Positions 53,348 to 61,541 of a DNA stretch of 64,000 bases are shown in pieces. The notes beneath the pieces are model-generated. The model did not search any database. It saw only the letters and a program-made list of their open reading frames with translations, and was not told where the DNA came from. This DNA comes from an uncultured Candidatus Rokubacteria bacterium (GTDB lineage Bacteria > Methylomirabilota > Methylomirabilia > Rokubacteriales > CSP1-6): contig CAWBMV010000034.1 of the NCBI GenBank assembly GCA_963789955.1, forward strand, positions 1,210,590-1,274,589, given 5' to 3'. Both the position numbers and the translations under genes were made by a program. Positions within the stretch are counted from its first letter, which is position 1; each line of letters opens with the position of its first letter.

Positions 53348-53592
53348 CGCGGGCCTCCCAGTACCCGGCGTACCTGGGCTCGGCGCTCGTGCCGGTTCAA
53401 CCATTCGGCGAGAGCCTCGCGGAGAATCTCACTCAAGGACCAGCGCAGCGTGACGGAAAACATCTTCGCCCGGTCGTGCAGATCACGCGGAAAGAGCGCG
53501 CTGACGAGGATACCTCCGGCCTTCGCACGGCTCGGCAGGCGTCGGTACGTCGTTGCGGGGGTCACCCGCGATCTGCGTCGTCGTGTGGTCAT
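53344..53592 (-). CDS. Ribbon-helix-helix-like DNA-binding protein
   Basis: LVSALFPRDLHDRAK...SLSEILREALAEWL pattern; ATGA overlap with the integrase start. Confidence 0.65.
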   Translation of the reverse strand: MTTRRRRSRVTPATTYRRLPSRAKAGGILVSALFPRDLHDRAKMFSVTLRWSLSEILREALAEWLNRHERRAQVRRVLGGPR

Positions 53593-53625
53593 CGGATCGT
53601 CTCTCCGCCTGACAGATTTACTACG

Positions 53626-53659
53626 ATGGCGTTATATAACGCCATAGCCGGGCCGTCAA
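53626..53659 (-). promoter_or_regulatory. Sigma-70 promoter with a perfect 20-bp palindromic operator
   Basis: Minus strand TTGACG-N17-TATAAC; palindrome ATGGCGTTATATAACGCCAT (53626-53645) covers the -10. Confidence 0.75.
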
Positions 53660-53660
53660 G

Positions 53661-53864
53661 TCAGGTGCAAAGCTCGGTCCGGAGCATTCTGACGAGCGCT
53701 TCAACGGCGGCTTCCTTGAGGTCCGGGGGCAAAGGGAGCCGACGCAGCCCGCGCACGTCGTCGCGCGGTACAGGCTGTCTGTGCGGACGGCCCGTGCCGT
53801 CGTCGATCCCTCGCAGCGCGGGGGGCGCGGCGGGCTCGGCGAGGCGCGGGACTGGTTCTCGCAT
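53661..53864 (-). CDS. Hypothetical protein
   Basis: 67-aa ORF co-oriented with the element genes. Confidence 0.35.
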   Translation of the reverse strand: MREPVPRLAEPAAPPALRGIDDGTGRPHRQPVPRDDVRGLRRLPLPPDLKEAAVEALVRMLRTELCT

Positions 53865-53905
53865 CGGGTCAGTCCCTCATGTGACAGACGATCTCGACCT
53901 TTTCG

Positions 53906-54298
53906 TTAACGCCGCCGTCGAGTCCATGATTTCAAGAACGTTTGGAGCGTGTTTCGCTGTTCGTTCTCAGCGAGGAGCAGTCGGTCGCGCTCATCCTCCG
54001 GCAGGCGCTGGGTAATAGACGCCTCGACGAGCTTAATGAGCAGGTCGCGCGGCATCGCATCAATTTCCACGCTGTCGCCAAAATGAAGTCCCGCGCCCGG
54101 CTGTCCGACTGCTTGGTCGGCCGAGTCGGGAGCTGGTAACGGGTGATCTGCTCACGCGTCACGGCTACGCGCCTGAAGACAATCTCGATGCCGAAAGCAT
54201 CCCGAAGTGTGGCCGTCGCCGCCGGGTCGATCGCAACGCCGGAGGGATCGTAGTCGCCGAAGTAGTAGACGCAGACAGTCTCAACCCGCGGGCACGGT
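53906..54298 (-). pseudogene. Toprim (DUF2399/Topo VI-A-like) domain fragment, frameshift near 54085
   Basis: VYYFGDYDPSGVAID...RVAVTREQITRYQLPT, then SVEIDAMP in the shifted frame; in-frame stop directly upstream. Confidence 0.6.
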
Positions 54299-54420
54299 CA
54301 CGACGTGTCCCGCCCAATGCCCCGCTTCCTCACGGAGGGCCGGGTTATGGGGTCCGGCCGACAGACGCATTCGGCCAAACGGACGCGTCAGGACGTCACC
54401 AGTACGGCTCTATACACGCA

Positions 54421-54640
54421 TGGCATGCTGGCAGACTTGGCAGACTGGACCAGCATGCCATTGGCAGACTGGACCAGCATGCCAAGCACGTGGCAGACTG
54501 GACAGAAGGTAGTAATACCTCACCTTTAGACAGTATTGCTGCTCCAGCGTAACCAGCGTGCCAAGTAGGACGAATACACCAGCATGCCAGGGTCGCTGCA
54601 TCGGTTGGCATGCTGGACGTCGATCGTTGGCAAACTGGGG
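54421..54640. repeat. Iteron-like repeat cluster, putative replication origin
   Basis: Exact 24-bp tandem TTGGCAGACTGGACCAGCATGCCA (54437-54484); further TGGCAGACT and CCAGCATGCCA/TGGCATGCTGG copies around an AT-richer core. Confidence 0.75.
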
Positions 54641-56446
54641 TCATCGCGGTTCCGGCGGCAGCCAGTACCAGGAGGCGATACGGCCGTCCTGGTTCTTGGC
54701 CCGTTCGGCGCGGATACCGAGCCGCGACTTGGCCCGCCACAGGGTGCGCTGGGCGATGCCGTTGGCTTTCGCATCGGCTTCGACCGTCTTCGAGGCCACG
54801 GGGCCATCCTTGAGCTCCTGCTGGAGGAACAGCGCGGCCTCGTCGCGTTCCCGCTGGTCCGTGCGGGTCGGCGGCTCATCGGTCGCCAGCAACGACTCAG
54901 CGGTCCCGTCTACCGGCTGGTCGTCCCAGGTGAGCCCAGCGTCGCTGATACGGAACACCAGGGTCGAGGCCGTCGGGCCGAGGTTGTTCTTGATGCTCGC
55001 CAGCAAGCGGCGCCCCGGCTGGTCGGGGTCTTGGCCGACGACGAGCACGGTGCGAGCTTGCGCCACGAATGCCACGGACCCTTGCGCCCGGAGGAGCAGT
55101 CGTCGCTGCGCAGCCTTCGTCAAGTGCAAAACCCCAACGACGGCGACATGGTAGCGTTCCGCGAGCGCGGCCAGCGGCGAGAGAATGCCGCGAATCTCTG
55201 CATCCTTGTACGAGTCCTTCGAGCCGAGGTAGGCGGAGACGGGATCGATCACGAGCAGCACGGCACCAGTGCTCTGAAGCGCCTGCTCGATCGCCGTCAG
55301 ATCACGATCGAGGCTGAGCGGGAATTCCTGTCCGTTGATGCGGACCGCGCGCACCACATAGACATGCGCGGCGTCGCCGCCCTGTTTGTCGATTCGAGGA
55401 CGCACGGTATCGGCGACGCCGTCCTCCGCGGAGAGGATGACGACGTTGCCCTCGGGAGCCTGGCCGCCGTCCGGCCACATCGCGCCGCGTGTCATGCGCG
55501 CCGTGAGATCGTGCGTGACGTGGCTCTTCCCTTCTCCCGGTTCGCCGATGACGAGGGCCAGCTTGCCGCGTGCGATGCGATTCAGCCAGGCCCATTCGAC
55601 GCGCTCGGTGGCGATCTCGGACAGGCGGATCAGAATGGGTCCAGCCGTTGCTGAGGTCGCGCCATCGTTGAACGGCGACAGCGCGAATCCCGGCCGATCG
55701 GCCTGCGTCCAGACCTGCTCGCTGAGTTTCAGGAGCTCTGCCGCCTCGAGCGGCGGCGCGCAGCGATTGGTGTTCTCGGCTTCCAGCGCGGCGGTGATGG
55801 CGCCGAGGCTGAGCCCCTTGGCTTTGAGTGAACGCCCGAGGCGATAGAGCGTCGTGTTGCGCTCCCCCTCACGCACCTTCTCGGGCATCGAAAACGACGG
55901 CGCGGAGACCCGGACGCGCGGCCGGAGATGACGCCGCCAGGCGTCCGGCAGGACGATGAGCGGTTCGGTACGCGGATGCACGAGCCACTCGTAGGGCGGG
56001 CCATCGGGATGGATCGACGGCGGCATGACGACCTGTTCCTTCACGGGGTCGGCGGTCGTGCCGCCGCGTTTGATCTGGCCGACCCCACCGTCCCGCCAGG
56101 CAAATGCGGGGGGCAGCGCAGGCTCCCACTTCAGGTAGAGGTGATAGCCGCCGGCGGTGGCGACCCACGGCGGACCGAGTGCCCCGAGGGCGGCTTCCAT
56201 CGCGCGAAAGCGCTCGAGGTAGTCCACGTCGAGCACGGCGACGCCAGCCTCTTCGCCGACCACCAGCCCGATGTTGCCGTCCTGGTCGAGGTGCTTGGTG
56301 ATCTGGCCGACATCGTCCGTGATCTGCCAGTGGTCGCCGGTCGGCACCTTGCGCCACTCGCCGACGGCGCCGAGCAGGACAACGCGCCAGCGGCGAGCGA
56401 CCAGGGCCTCGAGCGTGAGCTCGCGGTCGCTGAGGAGCGTGCTCAC
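54641..56446 (-). CDS. Bifunctional primase-polymerase + PriCT + AAA_25 (RepA-like) helicase
   Basis: NIGLV..AVLDVD and GGYHLY (Prim-Pol); EGERNTTLY (PriCT-1); GEPGEGKS Walker A; LLVIDP Walker B; VLHLTK. Confidence 0.9.
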   Translation of the reverse strand: MSTLLSDRELTLEALVARRWRVVLLGAVGEWRKVPTGDHWQITDDVGQITKHLDQDGNIGLVVGEEAGVAVLDVDYLERFRAMEAALGALGPPWVATAGGYHLYLKWEPALPPAFAWRDGGVGQIKRGGTTADPVKEQVVMPPSIHPDGPPYEWLVHPRTEPLIVLPDAWRRHLRPRVRVSAPSFSMPEKVREGERNTTLYRLGRSLKAKGLSLGAITAALEAENTNRCAPPLEAAELLKLSEQVWTQADRPGFALSPFNDGATSATAGPILIRLSEIATERVEWAWLNRIARGKLALVIGEPGEGKSHVTHDLTARMTRGAMWPDGGQAPEGNVVILSAEDGVADTVRPRIDKQGGDAAHVYVVRAVRINGQEFPLSLDRDLTAIEQALQSTGAVLLVIDPVSAYLGSKDSYKDAEIRGILSPLAALAERYHVAVVGVLHLTKAAQRRLLLRAQGSVAFVAQARTVLVVGQDPDQPGRRLLASIKNNLGPTASTLVFRISDAGLTWDDQPVDGTAESLLATDEPPTRTDQRERDEAALFLQQELKDGPVASKTVEADAKANGIAQRTLWRAKSRLGIRAERAKNQDGRIASWYWLPPEPR

Positions 56447-56793
56447 AGGATCGGGCTCCACCACGCCGTGAGCGTCTCGACCTTCCAGCGGGTTCCGGCA
56501 CAGTCGCGACAGAGCGGAATGTCGCGATACGCGGTCCATGTCCCCGGCGTCATGAATCGCTCGCCCTCGAGGGGCCCGTGGCCACCTTGCACCCGCCAAG
56601 TCACGAGGTAACCGCGGCCATGAGCCTCGCAGCTGGCACATTTCGTATAGGCGACGATGCGCTTCGGCCCGAGCCCAGGAATCGTGTCGGGGAACCGGCG
56701 ACCGACATCGTCTACCGGGCGCACGGCGATCACGTCGCCGTTGAAGGCCTCGAGCGCCAGACGTATGATGTCGGCCGCCATAATCGTCGACAC
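56443..56793 (-). CDS. Hypothetical protein with two CxxC motifs
   Basis: CASC and CRDC; start and stop overlap both neighbours. Confidence 0.55.
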   Translation of the reverse strand: MSTIMAADIIRLALEAFNGDVIAVRPVDDVGRRFPDTIPGLGPKRIVAYTKCASCEAHGRGYLVTWRVQGGHGPLEGERFMTPGTWTAYRDIPLCRDCAGTRWKVETLTAWWSPIL

Positions 56794-56924
56794 TAGTCGG
56801 CGTCCATCTTTACGGCGAACGCCGCGTCCACGGCGGCGTCGATCGCGGGAAACTCTCGCGGCGCCGCGAGGACGGCGACCGTGAGCGCGTTCAGGAATCT
56901 TTCGAACGCCTCGAACCCCTCCAT
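56793..56924 (-). CDS. 43-aa hypothetical protein, not in the ORF track
   Basis: MEGFEAFERFLNAL...KMDAD*; TAATG overlap upstream and TAGTG overlap downstream. Confidence 0.5.
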   Translation of the reverse strand: MEGFEAFERFLNALTVAVLAAPREFPAIDAAVDAAFAVKMDAD

Positions 56925-57286
56925 TAGAAGGGGATCTCTTTGCTGCTGGCTGCGGGTTTCTCCTGTGGCAGCTGATCCGCTGCGCTGCCGGTCCAGACCT
57001 GGGCATCGCGATACGAGTGCCCCTTGCCCTTCACCATCCCGCGATACTCGATGCCGACGTCGGCGCCGATCTTCACGAGCGCCAGCTTGCGCTTAAGTAC
57101 CGTGAACGCCGGGAGCGCCAGTGGGCCGTCATCGGTCTCGAGATCCGCGATCGGCTGATCGGGATACTTACCCTCGCGGAGGCCGAGAAACTTACCTTCG
57201 AAGATCGTGCCGACGGCGACCTTTTCCCACTGGACGAGGGGGCCGTCGCTCTCACCGACCGGAACGCGTTGCGTGAATCGGGACAT
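56924..57286 (-). CDS. Putative single-stranded DNA-binding protein (OB-fold-like)
   Basis: AAGGAG RBS; beta-rich 120 aa ending in EIPF. Confidence 0.6.
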   Translation of the reverse strand: MSRFTQRVPVGESDGPLVQWEKVAVGTIFEGKFLGLREGKYPDQPIADLETDDGPLALPAFTVLKRKLALVKIGADVGIEYRGMVKGKGHSYRDAQVWTGSAADQLPQEKPAASSKEIPF

Positions 57287-57396
57287 TGTTGCTCGCTCCT
57301 TTTGCGGCGTGCTAAGATTGCAGCCGTTTTAGAGGTTTGCTGCGCACGGCGCCGGGGTCTCACCGTCTCGGCGCTTTCGTTTTGGGCGCTCGCTGC

Positions 57397-57699
57397 TCAG
57401 TGCTGCCCGCCGGTTCCTCGCCCTTCTGCGTCGCCACATTCGCGAGCGCTTCGTCTGCCCGCACTCCGGGCGCGACAGCCGATCGAATCGAGGAGACGGC
57501 GCTCGAGCGCCTGCGCGCCGTCGAGCAACGAGTGGCCCGCGCCGTCCATGATGCCGAGAGATAGCGAAAGGAGATGCTCGCGTTCTGCGGCGGTCGAGGA
57601 TGCGGCGATCAGATCGAACAGATCATCGTCGTCGCGGATCGTAATGGGCCATGGCGCGCGCTGAAATCCTGCGACGAGGGGCCACGCGGCGCGGTTCAT
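57397..57699 (-). CDS. Hypothetical protein
   Basis: ATGA-coupled to upstream ORF 57696-57884. Confidence 0.4.
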   Translation of the reverse strand: MNRAAWPLVAGFQRAPWPITIRDDDDLFDLIAASSTAAEREHLLSLSLGIMDGAGHSLLDGAQALERRLLDSIGCRARSAGRRSARECGDAEGRGTGGQH

Positions 57700-57884
57700 C
57701 GCGCGCGCTTCTGCCTTGCCCGCTCGTTGGCGGTCCGGGTAGGTTGTTGGTCTCCGGGACGAGCCTCGCCCATCGGCGCAGGGGCGCGCGGCGCTTGAAG
57801 CCGCGCGCTCCTCTGGACCAGCCGCACCTCGGCGAGCTTGACGTTCCGGTTGACTGCAGCGCCGGTTCCGTGTTTCAGTACCAT
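57696..57884 (-). CDS. Hypothetical basic protein
   Basis: GGAG upstream; coupled to the next ORF. Confidence 0.35.
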   Translation of the reverse strand: MVLKHGTGAAVNRNVKLAEVRLVQRSARLQAPRAPAPMGEARPGDQQPTRTANERARQKRAR

Positions 57885-57941
57885 GCGTCGACTCCAACGT
57901 GACCGCGCTTCCTCAGCGCGTCCTCGTTCTCGTCTCCGACC

Positions 57942-58151
57942 TCACCCGAATTTCCTCTTCGGGCGCTGCGCACGCGCCAGCCGTAGGCGCTCCACAGCGA
58001 GCGGATCGTAGAGCCAGATTCCCCGCCGCGTTCGGCCGATTGGCCGCAGCTGGCCGCGCTTGAGCAGGTAGAACACGCCTTCGCGGGAGATGTTTAGCAT
58101 CCGCGCCACGCCGCCGGACTCGATGACATCGATCGTTTCATTGGTTGTCAT
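57942..58151 (-). CDS. Xis/AlpA/MerR-like winged-HTH protein
   Basis: VARMLNISREGV...GQLRP...GIWLYD...VERL pattern; 69 aa. Confidence 0.75.
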   Translation of the reverse strand: MTTNETIDVIESGGVARMLNISREGVFYLLKRGQLRPIGRTRRGIWLYDPLAVERLRLARAQRPKRKFG

Positions 58152-58232
58152 GCCGAGGCCAGAGTAGGGTCCGGGTGCAGCACTGTATACGAAGATTTGA
58201 TTGGCGGCGGACGCTTCCGGAAGCGGGGACAG

Positions 58233-58943
58233 CTACGATTTTCTTGGACGGCCTCGTCGCTTCTTTGGCAGCGGGACGCCGAGACGTCGCGCCCAGTCCT
58301 CGACCGAGACGCGGACGGTGCTCGCATCAATGCCTGGTCCTTCGGCGCTCGCGATGTCGCTCCATGACTGTTTCTCGACAGCACGGCGATACAAGCGTCG
58401 GGCGACGATCAGGCTTTGTTCACGGGTGCGGAACTTGGGCGGTAGCTGACGACGGAACGCCGCCCGCGCCCGAGCCTGGTGCTGACGCGCTTGCGTAATC
58501 CAGGCGCGTCGGAGCGCTGGGAAGTGGTACTCGAAGGCAAGGCCGGGATCAACGCGAGGATCGTAGTTGAAGGCGGCCAGTGTGATCGGCACGGTGTCGA
58601 GGCGAGTCGCCCCGGACGGTGGCGCGAGCGCTCGGAGCCGGACCGGCGCGCCTTCGCAGGCGTGATAGAGACAGCTCCACAGGTCCGTCTCACCATCGTG
58701 TCGGGGGAGCTTCCAGCGGTCGGCGAAGGCGCGAACAGTTGCGTCGTCAGCAGGCGTCGTCCCGCGCGCGTTGACCTTGCGGAGCGCTCGCTCGCGCTGC
58801 TGGGGCGTGCGGGCGCGGGCGACGGCGGGGAAGACGCGGCGGAAGAGCATGTGCAACGCCGCCTCGAACGCAGGGTATTCGTGAAGCACCTGATAGAAGG
58901 CGGCGCGGCGTTCGGTCAGCGCGAGAGCCCTTCGATCGCTCAT
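58233..58943 (-). CDS. Hypothetical DNA-binding protein
   Basis: C-terminal HTH-like SWSDIA...STVRVSV and AT-hook-like RRGRPRK. Confidence 0.6.
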   Translation of the reverse strand: MSDRRALALTERRAAFYQVLHEYPAFEAALHMLFRRVFPAVARARTPQQRERALRKVNARGTTPADDATVRAFADRWKLPRHDGETDLWSCLYHACEGAPVRLRALAPPSGATRLDTVPITLAAFNYDPRVDPGLAFEYHFPALRRAWITQARQHQARARAAFRRQLPPKFRTREQSLIVARRLYRRAVEKQSWSDIASAEGPGIDASTVRVSVEDWARRLGVPLPKKRRGRPRKS

Positions 58944-59049
58944 GTTGAGATCGTACTGAACTTCTACCGGTCACGCGGGCCTCGGATTCGCGCTCGCGAA
59001 TCGAGGTGCGTTCTGGCTCCCGATCGACCACGATGCTAGGGTTTGTCTC

Positions 59050-59982
59050 ATGGCGAAAGGCACCAAGATCGAGTGGGCCGACGACACGGTGAATGCCGAG
59101 ATGGGCTGCGACGGCTGCGAGCTTTGGGACCCCAAGCGCCATATACGCATTTGCTACGCCGGAGTCCTTACCGAGAGGATGCTGTCAAGGGGATCGCTCA
59201 AGGGTTGGCCTCCAGCGTTTGATCAGCCGACGATTTTTCCAGGCCGGATCGCCCATGCGGCGCGCTGGCGCGATCTCACGGGAACCGTACGGCCAGGAAA
59301 GCCGTGGCTCGACGGGATGCCCCGCGTGATGTTCCTCAACGATATGGGCGATACGTTCACCGCGTCCCTGCCCGACGACTGGCTCGCGCCCGAGTTACCG
59401 ACGATTGCCGCGAGCCCGCATCTGTGGCTCCTGCTGACGAAGAGGCCCGACCGGCAACGCGCGTTCTCGCTCCGTCACGAGGTGCAGCGAAACATTTGGT
59501 GCGGGACAACCATCACGAGCCCACAGGACCAGCGGCTTCGCCACCTCATGCGGACACGAGCCACCGTGCGGTGGGTTTCGTACGAGCCGATGCTCGCCCC
59601 CGTGAACTGGCGACCGTATTTCGATCAGGGGCTCCAATGGCTGATCGTGGGAGGCGAGAGCGGGCCGAACTTCAGGCCGATGGACTTGTCGTGGCTCGCG
59701 GATACCGTCGAGCAGTGCCGGACGGCGGGGGTGGCGATCTTCGTCAAGCAGGACAGCGCGAGGCTGGCTGGTGATCGCGGACGTATCCCGAATGACCTGT
59801 GGATCAGGGAGTACCCGAGAGTACCCGAGAGTGATTCACGGGGTTACAGGGCTGACAGCGCTTCCGCCCATCCGCCCGCATGTGCCCTAGCGCGTCTTCC
59901 TGCGTCGAGGACGACGGCGACATTGCGTTCGAGCGGTCACGACGTGCGCCAGCACCGTCGCTTCCTTTCGGCAATGTCCTGA
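59050..59982 (+). CDS. DUF5131 (phage Gp37/Gp68) radical-SAM-like protein
   Basis: TKIEWAD, GCDGC...CYA, LLLTKRP, VSYEP, WLIVGGESG, FVKQ and REYP motifs. Confidence 0.9.
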   Translation: MAKGTKIEWADDTVNAEMGCDGCELWDPKRHIRICYAGVLTERMLSRGSLKGWPPAFDQPTIFPGRIAHAARWRDLTGTVRPGKPWLDGMPRVMFLNDMGDTFTASLPDDWLAPELPTIAASPHLWLLLTKRPDRQRAFSLRHEVQRNIWCGTTITSPQDQRLRHLMRTRATVRWVSYEPMLAPVNWRPYFDQGLQWLIVGGESGPNFRPMDLSWLADTVEQCRTAGVAIFVKQDSARLAGDRGRIPNDLWIREYPRVPESDSRGYRADSASAHPPACALARLPASRTTATLRSSGHDVRQHRRFLSAMS

Positions 59983-60088
59983 TCCAACGAGCGGCGAAGT
60001 CCTTGATGACGTCTTGGGAGATGCCTGGACGGCAAACCAGGGCGACTGCCCCCGACAAATCTGCGCTTGGGTTATTACAAAGTCACAT

Positions 60089-60490
60089 ATGAAAAGCCAA
60101 GCGCCGAAACCGCCTCGCGGACGTCCGTTCACGGGCGCGGTGGCAGCACAGTTCGGTCGGATCGGCGGTGGCCGATCGTCTCCTGCGAAAACCAAAGCTG
60201 CTGGGCGCAACGGACGCAAGGGCGGACGACCCCGCAAGAGTCCCGGGCCGCTCGACCGGCTCCGCGCTGACCTCGCGTCGGTGCTGTTTCCCTGTCCGCG
60301 TTGCGGCGACCCGAAATGTCGGAGTCGCTTGATCCTAGGGAAGCCAACGATTCTCTTGGCCGAGAGAGGACTTCAACTGCCTTTCGACATTCGAGGTTAT
60401 CGCTGCATCTTTTACGACAACACGATCGGCGGCAAAGCGGCGGTCGAGTCCAACCTGAAGAAGCACCTCGCGAGCATCAAGGGGTTGTAG
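60089..60490 (+). CDS. Chimeric ORF: basic GRxGG/KGG-like N-terminus plus a nucleoside deoxyribosyltransferase-like C-terminal fragment
   Basis: FGRIGG...NGRKGGRPRK, then LGKPTILL...LPFDIRGYRCIFY. Confidence 0.45.
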   Translation: MKSQAPKPPRGRPFTGAVAAQFGRIGGGRSSPAKTKAAGRNGRKGGRPRKSPGPLDRLRADLASVLFPCPRCGDPKCRSRLILGKPTILLAERGLQLPFDIRGYRCIFYDNTIGGKAAVESNLKKHLASIKGL

Positions 60491-60615
60491 GCTCAGCGCC
60501 CCGGTGCCCTTGGCCGGGGCGGTCATACGTCTGGGCACCGAGCGTGGTAACTTGCTTGTCCACTCATTCCTTGGCAGGAGGGCAATATGCTGGAGCGGTT
60601 CACCGAGGATGCACG

Positions 60616-61023
60616 GTGACTTCTGAAGATACTCGCCGTCTGGAAGTGTTTCTCGCCCCATCGCTTATTGTTGTGGTCGCGACGATCGGACCGAGCGGTA
60701 CGCCACAACTGACGCCCAACTGGTATGCCTATGCCAATGGCAAGCTGATGATGTCCACGACCAAAGAGCGCGTGAAGTATCGCAACCTCACCCGTGACAA
60801 CCGCGTGAGCGTCTGTATCTACTCACAGCCCCAGGCACAAAACTATGTCACCCTGTCGGGACACGTCACTATACGCGATGATGCCTCCATCTGGTCCGAT
60901 ACCCGTACCATTGTCGAACGCTATGTGCCTGCCCCAGACGTTGAGGCTCGCCTGCAGCAACTGCGCACGCAAAACCGAGTCATCATTGACTTCACGCCTG
61001 AGCGGGTCCTGTTTCGCGCCTAG
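60616..61023 (+). CDS. PPOX-class (F420/FMN split-barrel) oxidoreductase
   Basis: VATIGPSGTPQLTPNW and KYRNLTRDNRVSV motifs; GAGGA RBS. Confidence 0.85.
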   Translation: MTSEDTRRLEVFLAPSLIVVVATIGPSGTPQLTPNWYAYANGKLMMSTTKERVKYRNLTRDNRVSVCIYSQPQAQNYVTLSGHVTIRDDASIWSDTRTIVERYVPAPDVEARLQQLRTQNRVIIDFTPERVLFRA

Positions 61024-61350
61024 GGCTGCACACCGCAATTGCCCCGCCAGTTTGGTGGGGTGACACCTGTCGGAAGATGTACAGTGCACAGTCCTCAGTG
61101 CCATGAGTGCGCTGTGTCCGTCACCACCGTCACACCGACTGTACCTGGGGCGGAACGCGAGAACCGGCCGGGAGAGGCGGGCGTGCTGAGAACGGCGGTT
61201 CCGTCAACTGGGCCTTTGTCCCGTCTATGCTCTATGCTCTCCGGATCGGCCGATCGTAGCATCCCTCAGCGCCTCGAGCGGTGGGCGACGAGGATGCCGA
61301 GCTGGATTTGCTCCAGGCAGTCTGCTCTGAACTGAGACGAGACAGCCGCC

Positions 61351-61446
61351 GTGCCGAACTACATTCTTCTCACTGGCGCAGGCTTCAGCAGGAATTGGGG
61401 CGGTTGGTTGGCTGACGAAGCCTTCGAGTATCTGTTGGGCTCCCAG
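61351..61446 (+). pseudogene. 5' end of a SIR2-like protein gene interrupted by IS21
   Basis: GTG start reads MPNYILLTGAGFSRNWGGWLADEAFEYLLGSQ (GAGxS sirtuin motif) up to the IS end. Confidence 0.7.
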
Positions 61447-61460
61447 TGCGCATTTCGGTC

Positions 61461-61516
61461 ATCGTGATCACTCAGATCGCTCCATCGTGATCAGCGAGAT
61501 CGGCCGATCGTGATCG
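61461..61516. repeat. IS21 subterminal repeats (istB end)
   Basis: ATCGTGATC at 61461, 61484 and 61507 (23-bp period). Confidence 0.85.
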
Positions 61517-61541
61517 GAGCGAAGCGACGCTGGGCCGTCGA

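Noticed and set aside
54437..54484. 24-bp direct repeats as a CRISPR array
   Set aside because: The repeats abut with no spacers and there are no cas genes; iterons fit better.
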